A stretch of DNA of 64,000 bases, taken from contig NEEC01000002.1 in the NCBI GenBank assembly GCA_002189035.1, positions 1,240,001 through 1,304,000 of the forward strand. Direction: 5' to 3'. The notes beneath the pieces are model-generated. The model was given only the letters and a program-made list of their open reading frames with translations. It did not search any database and was not told where the DNA came from. The number at the start of each line of letters is the position of its first letter. Position 1 is the first letter of the stretch. The position numbers and the translations under genes are program-made. Positions 11,844 through 23,632 of this stretch are shown in pieces. Origin of the DNA: Utricularia gibba. Lineage: Eukaryota; Plantae; Magnoliophyta.

Positions 11844-13182
11844 TCAGAAAAGCCAATGAAGACTTATGTTCCCGAGCCAGATGAACAGAGGGAGCTGAGC
11901 TAAGGCAATGATCAGGAGTAGATAATGGTGTCTGGTTGAGTCATAGCTCCTGACCTCCGCAAAAAGAACTCGTTTCATTGTCTTCACCAGGAAGATTGCC
12001 ATGCACAGGCATGCCCATGGCAGGAGAAAGTAGTAGGAGTAGCCCCAGAGCAGCTTCCCCAAGACGGCTAGAGACAGCCCGAAAAAAGTATAGCCTGAAT
12101 ATGCAACGATGTCCAGCAACGGCGCCTCCCCACTGCCGAGTGACATCAGTGTCATCTTCAGTAAAGAAACTTGGAAGCCCCAACCGAGAAGCCCTTTGAT
12201 AAACACCAAGTTCAAGACTTCAGGCCGGAACCTGGCATGCAATGGAGAGAGGCAGGGATTCATGAAGCAGCAGATGAAGTCAATGGATAGTAATGCAACC
12301 TCGAGTAATAATATCAGAGATTTTCGAACACACCCTATATCTTAGAACACGTTCAACCATACGAGGGCCGGGCCAGGATATATAGGATGGATCCATGAAG
12401 GGGAAGAAAACACAAACTAAATCAAGTCATCCACTACAAAGCAACTCACTTTCCACCAAAGCCTAATGATATGCCAGCCATAAGGATGTAGGTGGCAAAT
12501 GACATGAATGGAATGTACAGATCTGGAGCATTTATATCGTAAACAGGGGGCTTGTAAGAGAGCCTTCCACCAACTGGTTCACTGATTCTCGTCCAATGCC
12601 CCTGAATGAGATTCAAAATGCAATGATCATGACTTGACAAAAAATGGCAAACAGTAACTAGATAAAATGAAGTGGGGGATCAAAGCATTACCCTGTGAAA
12701 GAACGGAAAAAGAATAACCTTCAATTTGTTCCTCACGTACTGATCATTGACTTGGAAATAGTACTGAGGATTGGACAAGTACCTGGTTATCTGCATGCAA
12801 AATTGCACAAAAAATAAAAACTTGAGATAAGCACAAGGTTCAAGGAAATATCTTTCTCGCCATAAATATAGAATTGAATAATGAAAAACAACCAGGACAC
12901 AACGCAAATCAAAATTGGGCGGAAATCATGGTGAAGGGAAACAAGAGACCGGTGGGATAAATTAAAGAGATTACAAGAGGAAATGGAAACCCATATGCAA
13001 CCAACCCAACTTACATTGCTTTGAACATATTCAGAGCTGGATCCAAAAATTTTTTCCCCATATGCACCCAATCCACTTCGAACAAATCCTGAACTTGCTC
13101 CAGAAAATGCACTCCCAAAAGGATTTGGTTGCAGATTAGGTGGCCGAGATACCCCGGGGCGTCCTAAGTTATTGTCATACAT
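11844..13182 (-). CDS. YIF1: Protein YIF1 (Hrf1/Yip1-interacting factor), an ER-Golgi membrane protein
   Basis: [72 protein letters not shown] and [18 protein letters not shown]. Confidence 0.93.
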
Positions 13183-14171
13183 CTCTGTCCCAAATCAGCA
13201 AGACCTGAAAAATAAAAAACATATTAGATCCCGAAATAAATCAGGAAACTCAGATCTAAAATATAAAATCAGGAAATCAAAACCAATATGACTTCAGATC
13301 ATCATCCCCATGTAAAGAAAATGAATCCCACGACCCATAACAATTTCCACATTAAGAAATAACCGCAAAATTTAGTTTCCCCCAAAACAAACGAAGAAGT
13401 GACCGATCACAAACAGAACCCACCCGACACTACAATTGTACAGAGATCCAGGCCAAGTGGGTTGCGAAGTATAATCGTAAGCAAAATAAAGCGAATCAAT
13501 AAGAAATGAGCGAGGCGAAGAAAAACTCAGAGCTCTACCAGCCGTGCGCCACAAGAAATGATGGGCTTGGAGAAAAATAATTTGCAGGCCCAAAAAAGAA
13601 AGCAGGGCAGGGCCGCTCAGCCCATTATTCTGATATATTTTAATACCTACTTTCTAATTATAAAAAATTAATAGTATTCATCTTTCAATTTAGTCTATAT
13701 TAGGGTAAATTTTTAATAATTTTAAATTAAATTTTAAAATAATTTATATAGATTTAACCCATTTTTTCAATTTATATCATATTTTGGATTGAATTTTTAA
13801 TTTTAAAATATTGGTCATTTATTGCATGGCACTGTCAGTTAGTTATATTGACAATAATTGAATTAAAAAATGTATATTAAATAATAATAATTCCCCCAGC
13901 ACATTGTGGTGGCTGGCTCCCTCGCTCTCCGTTCCGCCGATTTTTGTAGAGCGAGAGAGTAGACTTGTAGAGGGAGAAAACCTCCACGATTTTCTGTGGC
14001 TTCCCCCTATCTCTCACGCACTCAACACACAGACCAACCCAATTGCACAGACTGTTGTAGTCTCCTTCCACCTCGGCACTTCACTCGGACCCCACAAATC
14101 TCACTTTTTCCTTAAACCCCTCAGTACCCCATACCCCCCACAAAATCTTTGTTTGATTTTGCTTTCAAAAA

Positions 14172-17100
14172 ATGCCAGCTTCCTCCGCAGGTTACTACTC
14201 ACTTTACACCTGTTTCCTTGGTTTTGTGTTTTTGGCTCAAGAATGTTAGTGGGTGTGGGGAGGTTGATGAGTTAGTTGTGTTTGAGGATGAATTGGAGCA
14301 GGGCTTGGTGTGAATCCTTCCCCATTTACTATTTTTTAGAATTATGTGTTTCGTTTGGTGTGTGTGAGGATTGTTTGGTGTAGAAGAAATGCTGGAGTTG
14401 TTTGGATTTCCATTACCCCTTATGTTGTTCGTCTGGGGGTTTGTGAACCCGCTTGTCATTTTTTAAATTAGCTTCCTTTGTGATGATACGCAGCTCATCA
14501 GCTGTCCCCATCGCTGTCCTGACATGAAATTTAGCATGTCATGTGTTTCTCGTTGGGAGAATCTTGAATTGAAGTGGTGTTTTCTGGAATAGTTTTTGTG
14601 GTGTAGATAATTAAACTGATTTCCATTTTGTGTGTATTGCTGCTGCTGTGAAGAGATGAGGGCCAAGTGGAGGAAGCGGAAAAGGGATCAATTAGCTCGT
14701 AAATCCAGGTTAAAGGAAAAGGAACAAGAGAATGAGGATGCATTTGAGGACAATGAGGATGATGATGATCCTGATCTTGATCCACCGCATAACAATCATG
14801 AAGGGGTGGATGATCCCCGAAATCACAGCATGGATAAGATTGGTCAACCTAAAGCAGAGAAAGAGGGTGAAAAAGTTAATGGTGGATCAAAAGTTTGTGA
14901 GTTTCCTGTTGCTATTAGGAGGGAGGTAACTAGGCACCATTCTTTAGTGTTTCAAATTGTGGAAGCTGAGAAGGCTGCACACTATGGGAATGTCAGGAGC
15001 ATGGGGCACAATGCATTGCCAGTATTAGAGAATATCTCATACGGCCAGCTCCAGGCACTTTCTGTTTTGCCTCGTGACAGCCCTGCACTTATTGCCATTT
15101 CTGCTGATGAGAGTACTGGGACCGGTTCATATTTAATAACTCCACCTAGGATAACTGCTGGGCGTGGAGTCACTAAAAAGCTGGGAAGTGCTGACCGTGT
15201 TCATGTACTGCCAGTGCATTCAGGTTGCTTCATCTTTGGTTGCAATTTTGTTTCAGCCACGTCTTTAGTTCCTCAAGGTTCATTACTGAAATTTTGAGTT
15301 CACAGTAGGTGTATTAAATACACATATTATGGTTTTGGCAAGTTGAATAACCTACAGTAGAACATGAAGATGTAGGTTAGCTGCTCATGCTAAAGATCTT
15401 AGCTTTTGCGTTGGAACTGTTAGAGCAATGCTATGTTAATTAAAGTATGTGTATTATTGTCATCTCTTATCAGATTTGGTTTTCATTGTTTCTTAGTTTC
15501 TTTTTTTTTTTTAATTATACCTTCGACTGCTGCCTGACTTGTTTTGCCCCAAAAAATTGAGCAGAGTGGTTCTCGACAAATTCAGTGCATAGATTGGAAA
15601 GGCAGGTGGTGCCACATATTTTCTTAGGGAGTTCAAATGATTGCACTCCTGAAAAGTACATGGAGTGTCGAAATTTTATTGTGGCTAAGTATATGGAGAA
15701 TCCAGAAAAGCATTTATCTGTTTCTGATTGCCAGGGGCTAGTGGATGGTTTTGAAACTGATGATCTAACTCGAGTCGTGCGATTTCTGGATCATTGGGGA
15801 ATTATTAACTATTGTGCTAGCAATCCTAAGGAGAAGGCCATGAAAGATGGCACCTACATGTCTGAGGATTCGAATGGTGAACTTCAAGTCCCATCAGATG
15901 CTTTGAAATCTATTGATAGCTTGGTGAAGTTTGACAACCCAAAATGTAAGCTCAAGCCAGCCGATATTTATCCTGAACTTGCACGCCAGGATGAGGTTAT
16001 TGACATTGACAGTAGTATTAGGGAGCAGTTATCTGACTATCTGTGCTATTGTTGTTTTAAATCCATTCCAACGCTGTACTATCAGTCTCAGAGAGAGGTA
16101 ATGGTGGATTTCAATTCTGACCTTCATTTCCTCCCGTTTACCTTTTGAAGATTCATTTCAATTGGGTTCTGTTGTAACTGTGACAGGTCGATATTCGTTT
16201 GTGTTCTGATTGCTTTCATGAAGGAAAGTTTATTGTTGGTCATTCCAGCCTGGATTTCGTGAAGGAAAACTCTATTAGAGATTACGTAGAAATGGATGGA
16301 GACAATTGGAGTGATCAAGAGACATTATTACTCCTTGAAGGCGTGCAGCAGTACAAGGAAAATTGGAGCAAAATTGCAGAGCATGTTGTCTCTAAGTCAA
16401 AAGCACAGTGCATCCTTCATTTTGTCCGGATTCCCTTAGATTACACTCTGTTGAATGATATTGTCACACCAAGCACATCTGGTTCAGTGAACTACGAAAG
16501 GGGAAGAAGATCTGAATTAGAAAATGGTTGATATTATTGCTTTTTCTGCTTTGCTATATTATGTAATTAAGTTCAACAAATTTAGTTTTGCGCCATATCT
16601 ATGGCACAGGTTACAGCTGGGTTGGTGAGGACGCTGAAGGCAGCTTTCCTTTCCTGAATTCTGAGAATCCAGTTATGCATCTGGTATTATTTCCAGAACT
16701 CACCTTTTATTTTGGAACAAAATTAGTTTTATATTCCCTTCTTGTGACCTCTCTCCCTTGTTTTTGACTGGACACAATTTCTCTTCCTAGAATCATGTTC
16801 TTGCTCCATTTAAAAGCTCCCTGATCGTTTTTTTTTCTCTGATGTTTTGATTAACTTGGGTGCTCACAGGTAGCTTTTCTCTCATCTGCTCTGGGTCCTA
16901 GAGTGGCTGCAGCATGTGCTCATGCATCATTGGCTTCATTATCTAAGGATTGTGGAAAGGAAGGGAGTCCTGTAGGAGAGATAAATTCTATGAAAAAAGG
17001 TATCATGAATAACTTTTTAAATATTGTGCATTTTCATTTACATTCCTCAATACTTCTAATGGCATGTGCTAGGACCTCGGAGCCAAGATGAGGCTAATGG

Positions 17101-17987
17101 TGTCACCTTGATACATGAAAAAGTGAGGGTAGCGGCTAAAGATGGCCTTGCAGCGGCAGCAATGAAGTCTAAACTTTTTGCTGATCATGAGGAGCGTGAG
17201 ATCCAGCGATTGTCTGCTAATATTGTAAATCATCAGGTAAGTTTGCTTCTTTTTAGCTTTGGAAACTCGAAAAAAGCTGGAGTACTTGATGGCACTATGG
17301 TGTTTTTGTTATTTTTTGGCTCAAAACTCTTTTACACCATCTCAAGGATGCCATTCTTGTATTCCTGCTTGCCTTTTCTTTTCATTTCATACCCATCTAT
17401 TCCATCCATGCATTGGCTTCTGGGATTTCACATTTGCTTTTGCACGGGATGCATAACTAGGATAATGCCTTGGGCTTATGGTTGAGACTACTTTATTTTG
17501 GTGCTCACGTTTTTATCTGATATGTCAGTTGAAGAGACTAGAACTGAAGCTGAAGCAGTTTGCAGAAGTTGAGACTTTGCTTATGAGAGAATGCGAGCAG
17601 ATGGAAAGGGCAAGACAGAGAATTGCTGCTGAGCGAGCCGCCATGATGTCCTCACCGTTGGGATCTTCAGGAGAATCCAGATTAATGACTCTTCCTGGAA
17701 CCAGTAGTTCTGTCATGAATAATGCCATCGGAAACACTAGGCAACAGCAACTACAGCAGCAGCAGCAAATCCTGGCTTCGCAGCAGCACTTTACTTCTGG
17801 TTATGACAAAAACCAGCCCATATACCCCCACATATCCATGATGCAACAGCAACAGGGAATGTATGGTCTCAGTCCAAGACCACCCATGTTAGCTTTGCGG
17901 CCTTCTAGTCCTATGTTTAATCCAACTTTGAACTCACAGACTCCTCTTGGTCATTCTATGCTGAGACCATTGTCCGGTTCTAAGTAG
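14172..17987 (+). CDS. SWI3C: SWI/SNF complex subunit SWI3C (SWIRM, ZZ-like, SANT and leucine-zipper domains)
   Basis: MPASSA|EMRAKWRKRKR, VHRLERQVVPHIF..TPEKYMECRN..RFLDHWGIINY (SWIRM), WSDQETLLLLEG..WSKIAEHV.SKSKAQCILHF (SANT), KSKLFADHEEREIQRL, QLKRLELKLKQF and a Gln-rich tail. Confidence 0.95.
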
Positions 17988-18303
17988 GGTCTTGGTTAGT
18001 ATTTTGGCTGTATGGAAGGAGCTGAGATTGGAATGGAGCAGTGAGTCAAGCGGCTTGGTTCTTTAGTTGTTCAGTAACAAGATTTGGAATAGCCACTGAA
18101 TTGTTAGATGAGAAAGAATGCGGCATTTCAGGAATGTATTCTTGATTTGTACAGATGATGAAAAATTCCAGGGTTCATGAACCAATGAAATTCATTGTCA
18201 CATTGTATGCCTTGGTACTTCCCTATGCACAACCAAAAAGACAAGATGAATAATATGAATAGGAGTGACTCTGTTCTTAAACCATGCACACATGAAAATG
18301 CAT

Positions 18304-19632
18304 TCACTCCACCGTCACCAGATTCTGTGCTTTCCTCAAGGAAGGTTTCATCTTCACCATATATCTAATACGATTCTCAATCCCATTTTCTATATAACTA
18401 GCCATCTTCGGGTCCAACTGCAACTTACCAGAGACTAACTTGTAAGTGAACTCCCTGGGAATCGATCCTCCAGCGACCAACTCCTCCATGAAACTCAATG
18501 CATCTGCCGCTCTGCCTGCTTCACAGAGGCTATGAATTATTGGGGTGTAAGAACTTGACGAGGGCACTCCATGATTCTTTTCTTGCATCATCCTCAACAT
18601 TTTTATGGCTCTATCGACCTCATTCGTCACACTAAAATACCTGATGAATGAGTTATAAGTGATTCTGTTTGGTTTACAACCCCTTTTCTCCATATCCTCA
18701 AAGAGCTCCAACGCTCTTTCAATTCTGTTCGTCTTACAACAACCATTGATCAAACAATTGTATGCCACAACATCTGGAACAAAGCCTTTAAAAAGCATTA
18801 ACCTGAACAAATGGTTCGCCTCGAAAATCCGCCTGCGGATTGCTTTACGACTGCCGGTTTCCAGTGCGTATCTACAGTAAGAACCGATGATAATTGTGTA
18901 GGTATAAACATCTGGTGGACACCTAAACCCCGGGATTTCCATTTGGCCGAGCAAGAACTTAGCTTTCTTGAAAAAACCAACTCTGCACAAGGCGTTGATC
19001 AATGTGTTATAAGCACAAACATCTGGTTTGCAACGAAACTGTTTCATCCTGTAAAACGCAGATGCCGCTTCATTTACCAGACCTTCTTCTCCTAAAGCTT
19101 TGATCAAGCAAGTCATGGTAGAAACCGTCACGAGATTTCCATATTTTTCCCGCCTGGACATATTCTTCAAGAAATCCCAGAATAAATTCATTCTATTCCC
19201 TCGTACTAAAACAATAGCCATCTCTTTACACGTCTTCTCATTATGCTGAAACCCGAAAGCAGTCTCAACCCAGTAATAGAACTCGAGCGCTTTTTCCAGC
19301 CCAGCATTCACTCTTCTGGGGTCTCTGTGAGCTGCAGGTCCATGAATCCGATACCCCTTTTGCTGCTTGATGGCCTCGTCTCTGAGATTCCTTTGTTTCA
19401 GCGGAGAGCGGTGGCGAAACGTTTTCTGGAGGCCAATAGACCTCGATGATTGAAATAGATACAACGGGATCGATCGAAGAACCTGAATAACTGCTTCTGA
19501 TGTCCATCTGATATTTCTCTGCGGAGAGGCGGTATCCAATGGCTTGTTTTGGATAATCGCTGAAAGAGCTACGCGGACATTCTGGTCTGCTCCGGTGGAC
19601 ATACGGCGGCAGAGCCGCGGCGGTATGAACAT
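18304..19632 (-). CDS. P-class pentatricopeptide repeat protein (At1g77405-like), intronless
   Basis: Long ORF with PPR motifs (KPDVCAYNTLINALCRVG, PDVYTYTIIIGSYCR, PDVVAYNCLINGCCK, PNRITYNSFIRYF). First ATG is at 19632; the track starts at TTG 19659. Confidence 0.95.
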   Translation of the reverse strand: MFIPPRLCRRMSTGADQNVRVALSAIIQNKPLDTASPQRNIRWTSEAVIQVLRSIPLYLFQSSRSIGLQKTFRHRSPLKQRNLRDEAIKQQKGYRIHGPAAHRDPRRVNAGLEKALEFYYWVETAFGFQHNEKTCKEMAIVLVRGNRMNLFWDFLKNMSRREKYGNLVTVSTMTCLIKALGEEGLVNEAASAFYRMKQFRCKPDVCAYNTLINALCRVGFFKKAKFLLGQMEIPGFRCPPDVYTYTIIIGSYCRYALETGSRKAIRRRIFEANHLFRLMLFKGFVPDVVAYNCLINGCCKTNRIERALELFEDMEKRGCKPNRITYNSFIRYFSVTNEVDRAIKMLRMMQEKNHGVPSSSSYTPIIHSLCEAGRAADALSFMEELVAGGSIPREFTYKLVSGKLQLDPKMASYIENGIENRIRYMVKMKPSLRKAQNLVTVE

Positions 19633-20070
19633 GGAAACAGGGACGATTTTCCATCCCAAATCATTCTACCCGCATTTCCCTCAACCAACAAAGATGCTAC
19701 CCCGGCCCGGCCTGTACAGCAACACACAGGCCCATATTTAGGATCAGGCTCATATGTGATATTTGGGCCTCAAAGAAAATACCGATATGGGCCAGTGCAT
19801 ACATATGTCACGGATCACAGCCCAAAATTCAAGCCCACGCAACAAATAATATATTAATAATAATACATCAAATGTAAAAAAATCCCCAAACATACCTTTA
19901 GAATTTCCAATATTTTTTAAAAATCCATAATTAAACACTGATTCCCAGTAGTGGAAAATAATATATATCATACGACGTCGTAAACGTGAGAGCACAAGTA
20001 AAACTTGACGCCTCTCTTTGTCCTCCTGGTAGTTTTCCATGATACACGAACGCAGCTCCAGGCTGCATTC

Positions 20071-22649
20071 TCATCTGAGTTCCTCGGCTCTGAATTTGTT
20101 CCATGCTTCCTACAAAACCCAAAGGATTCGGAAAAACTCCATGGTTTTGTGGGTAGAGACCGGAGTTGGAAGCATACCTTCAGCTTATCGAAGACCTTCT
20201 CAGCGATGTACTTCTGCTGGAGTGTGGCGCCCTTCTGCTGAACCTTGTCAGGATGGACGTGCAGGGTCGCCTTCATGTACACTTTTTTAACCGAATCAGA
20301 CGTGATCATGTCTGTCAACGGAACTGGGCGCCAGCTGCATTCGGGCCACAAAACCTGCATGCAATCCGAAGGTAGACGATGAGCATGATCTGTGCAAACC
20401 CACCTCCTGCAATGGCTATACGAAGTATATGTTGATAAACGAGTGCTTTATGGCGGAAGGAACCCACCTCCTGCAATGAGGACAATAAGGCTCGTAAATT
20501 GCCTTCTTTCCCTGCAGCCCAGCGCTTTATGTCGCCGTCCAAAGTTTCGGCAATCCGCTAGAATCGTTCATCCAATACTTTAGCTTTGAAGTGACAATAA
20601 GCAGAGAAAAGTGATAGCAAGTATTGATCCTGAAGATGATAGAATCTTACACGTTTTTCTTCCTGTTCCTGTTGAGTCTGAAGATCTCGCTGGTTCTTTT
20701 CAGCAAGTGCTTCAGCCTGTCATGCGCATGCCTCCTCAGGTTTCAGATTGAAAAATAAAAAAGAAAAGAAAAGCCAGCTCCTTTATCAATGTGCCTCAAG
20801 ATTCCCATCTTAGAAGCATGTCGCATGAGTCAGACAATCACATTGGATGCCTGAATATCACACCCTTCAATTTATTTGCAGAAATAAATATCTCATCCTA
20901 GTGATCTATTCCAGAGACTATGCGAATGAAAATTTAGCTTCTAAGGCCCATGAGATCCAAAAAAGTTTTGGGAAGCAAGAAAAAAAAGCACAATGAAGTG
21001 AAATTGCACCCAAAAAAAAAAAAAAAACATACCATGCGCTCATTTGTTCTGATATGACGGTTAAGCCTAGCTCTCCGTCTTTCTTCAGGTTCGCCATCAA
21101 TTTCATTAAACGCTCCTGATGAAGTAGTGACATCTGCAGTGCAGATTGAACCAACCACAAATTTTTCAGAAAAAAAGCAGCATCACCTGAATGTCATCAG
21201 AGTGAATGTATGTGGCTGCAAAATCTATATGAAAATTAAACATCCCTAGTAATTTGAGTGCAGGAAGCAGGGTTTAGCATTAATGAAAGCACTCTTCCTA
21301 CAAGAAACACAACTAGAAAAAGATGTCAGCATTTCTATTTTGTATGATTGCCCAAGGTACCTCCAAACAGAAAGCTAAAGTCATTGGCTTCATGTCTAGC
21401 AGGGGTAGCCGTCTTTGTAGTGGATGTGGATTTCGATGTTCCCCTCGTTTCAGGCCTCTTTTCCCCAAGCAAAAAGTCATCAAAGAGGGCGTTCTTCATA
21501 ATGAGAGAAACAAGTTTACCAAAGATTCATCATAAAAATACCCAATATTTGCTGTAGTTAGTGTTCCACCTGACTTGAGGAATTCACTTTTGTTGTTTCC
21601 ATGCCATTTCCAGAACCAAAAAGACGATCAAAATAGTCAACATTGTTAAACTCATTCAAGGTTGTCCTGGAGCTTGTATTGTTGGAGCTGATACTCATTC
21701 CATCGAGTTTTAAATCCGGAAAGTCATCAAAAGAAGACTTGGTCGAACTTTTTTCGGCAACCTTGTTTACAGATCCACCAGAAGGCAAAAACGAATCTGA
21801 CTGAGATCCAGATGACTCAAATACTGAGAAAGGATCATCAATCAAAGTTGTTGGTATGTGGGATGGCTTGATGTTTGATATCCCTTGAAGATCGTTCCCA
21901 GACGACACTCTGCAAAAGGTTAGAATACAACAAAACATTATTTTGATGGTATGTGATATACCTCCAAGCGAAATGAAGAACAGAGAGAATTGCATCAAAT
22001 AAGGGGGAAACAGCCACTCAGCAATCATTGCACAAGAAACATAAATGAGAAGAAACTGTGTATTTCCAGCAGAATAGCAAAATCAACAATTCTCAAACAA
22101 ATAAATAGCAAACTAGAAAGGATAGAAAAACCTAGAGTTTGATGTCTTAGTTCCTCCAAACCCTGGTACCAAATCGTCTACTTCATGTTTATTTTTCTCC
22201 TGCTTTGAGGCCGTAGATTGCACAAAGCTCCCAAAAGAATCGTCATCATCATCTCCATGTGTTGCTCCCAAACCCAACAAATCATCATATGCGTCGGATT
22301 TCTTGGAACTGGAGTTTACATTGCCGTAACGCGAACTACCAGTGCCCGTAAAAACGGAATCCAAATCAAACCCACCATACTGATTCGAACTCGTGACGGG
22401 TGCACCAAAAACATCATCTTGAGCAAAGAAACTTTGAGATTTCTGGGTTTTATCAATATTATGATTGGATCGAAATACCCCATCAAGCTCATCGACAGAG
22501 AAGGAATAAGAATCGTCGGTTGCAGGTTTATCAGCGGAGGTGCGTGATGGGTGATTAGAATTCGATTTGGGCTTCATCTTGGCCATTGGAGCTGATCTCC
22601 CGTTGGCCCTGAACCCCATGCTCTCAACAAGAACACCAAACTCGTCCAT
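20071..22649 (-). CDS. Auxilin-related protein (C-terminal J-domain); multi-exon
   Basis: N-terminal [23 protein letters not shown] and C-terminal [26 protein letters not shown]|[15 protein letters not shown]...[35 protein letters not shown]|[12 protein letters not shown] (HPD motif). Confidence 0.92.
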
Positions 22650-22977
22650 AATTCACAGCACCTTCGTTCACCGTGATGAGGGATCAGGATTGATGAAGCA
22701 AGGGGCAAAACATTCGACGGAATCCGGTGCCCCACCTCCCGTATTCTCTCTCCAATTTCCGTCGCCAAAAATACCATAAATTCCTTCAAATCAGCAGAGA
22801 AGGTAAATGGTCCGCCAGCTGGAACATCAACTAAAAAAATAGCCCACCGGCGAGCCCTTCAAAGTCATGGAAGGAAAAGAAAACGACTGGTTCAAAACTC
22901 GCGTTAAACCCTCGTTTTATAGTAAATTACACTTTTGGACCGGAGATCTGAGGAATTGCATTTTTGGATTTTCTAAA

Positions 22978-23029
22978 TAATAATAATAATAATAATAATA
23001 TAGTAGTTGTTATATATATATATATATAT
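22978..23029. repeat. Adjacent (TAA)n and (TA)n microsatellites in the auxilin/APC4 divergent spacer
   Basis: (TAA) about 7-8 units at 22978-23000 and (TA) about 9 units at 23011-23029. Confidence 0.9.
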
Positions 23030-23632
23030 CAAGGCCCAAGCCCAACGACAAAAGCTCAAACCATATTCTTCATCCCACCTTTTCGGTAGTATTTTAAATA
23101 AATAAAAAATTATAAAATTAATTTTCATAAATAATTGATAATTTGAATGGTTGAATTGGAATTCAAATTATGATTAAAAAATATGTTTTTTTATAAAAAA
23201 TGAAATAATAAATTTAAAAAATAGTTCGTAAATTATCATTTAATCATGTATTTCCATAATTAGATTTTTTATTTTTTTAAAAAAAATTTAATTTAACTCC
23301 TATAATTTAATATCTAAGTTTAAGACAATTCAATTTCGATGATTTTGTAAATTGCTGCAGTTACACAAAACTCTTCTAGAGGGAAAAGCGAAGCGGGGAT
23401 GGTGGGAAAATGGTGTTCGTGATGGGAAGCACTGTGGGTGAAGATGCAATTAGAGTCAGCCATTGGAAATGAAGCTTGGAAATTCGCTGTAAAAGAGGGA
23501 AGAAATTATATATGAATTCCCATTAACTGCTGGAAGCAGGAAAAAGGTATAAAAGAGAGAACGGGGTTGTTAAACCCTATTTGAAATACTACTGAAACCC
23601 CGCCTCCGGACACTTGTAGTTACAGAGTGGCT

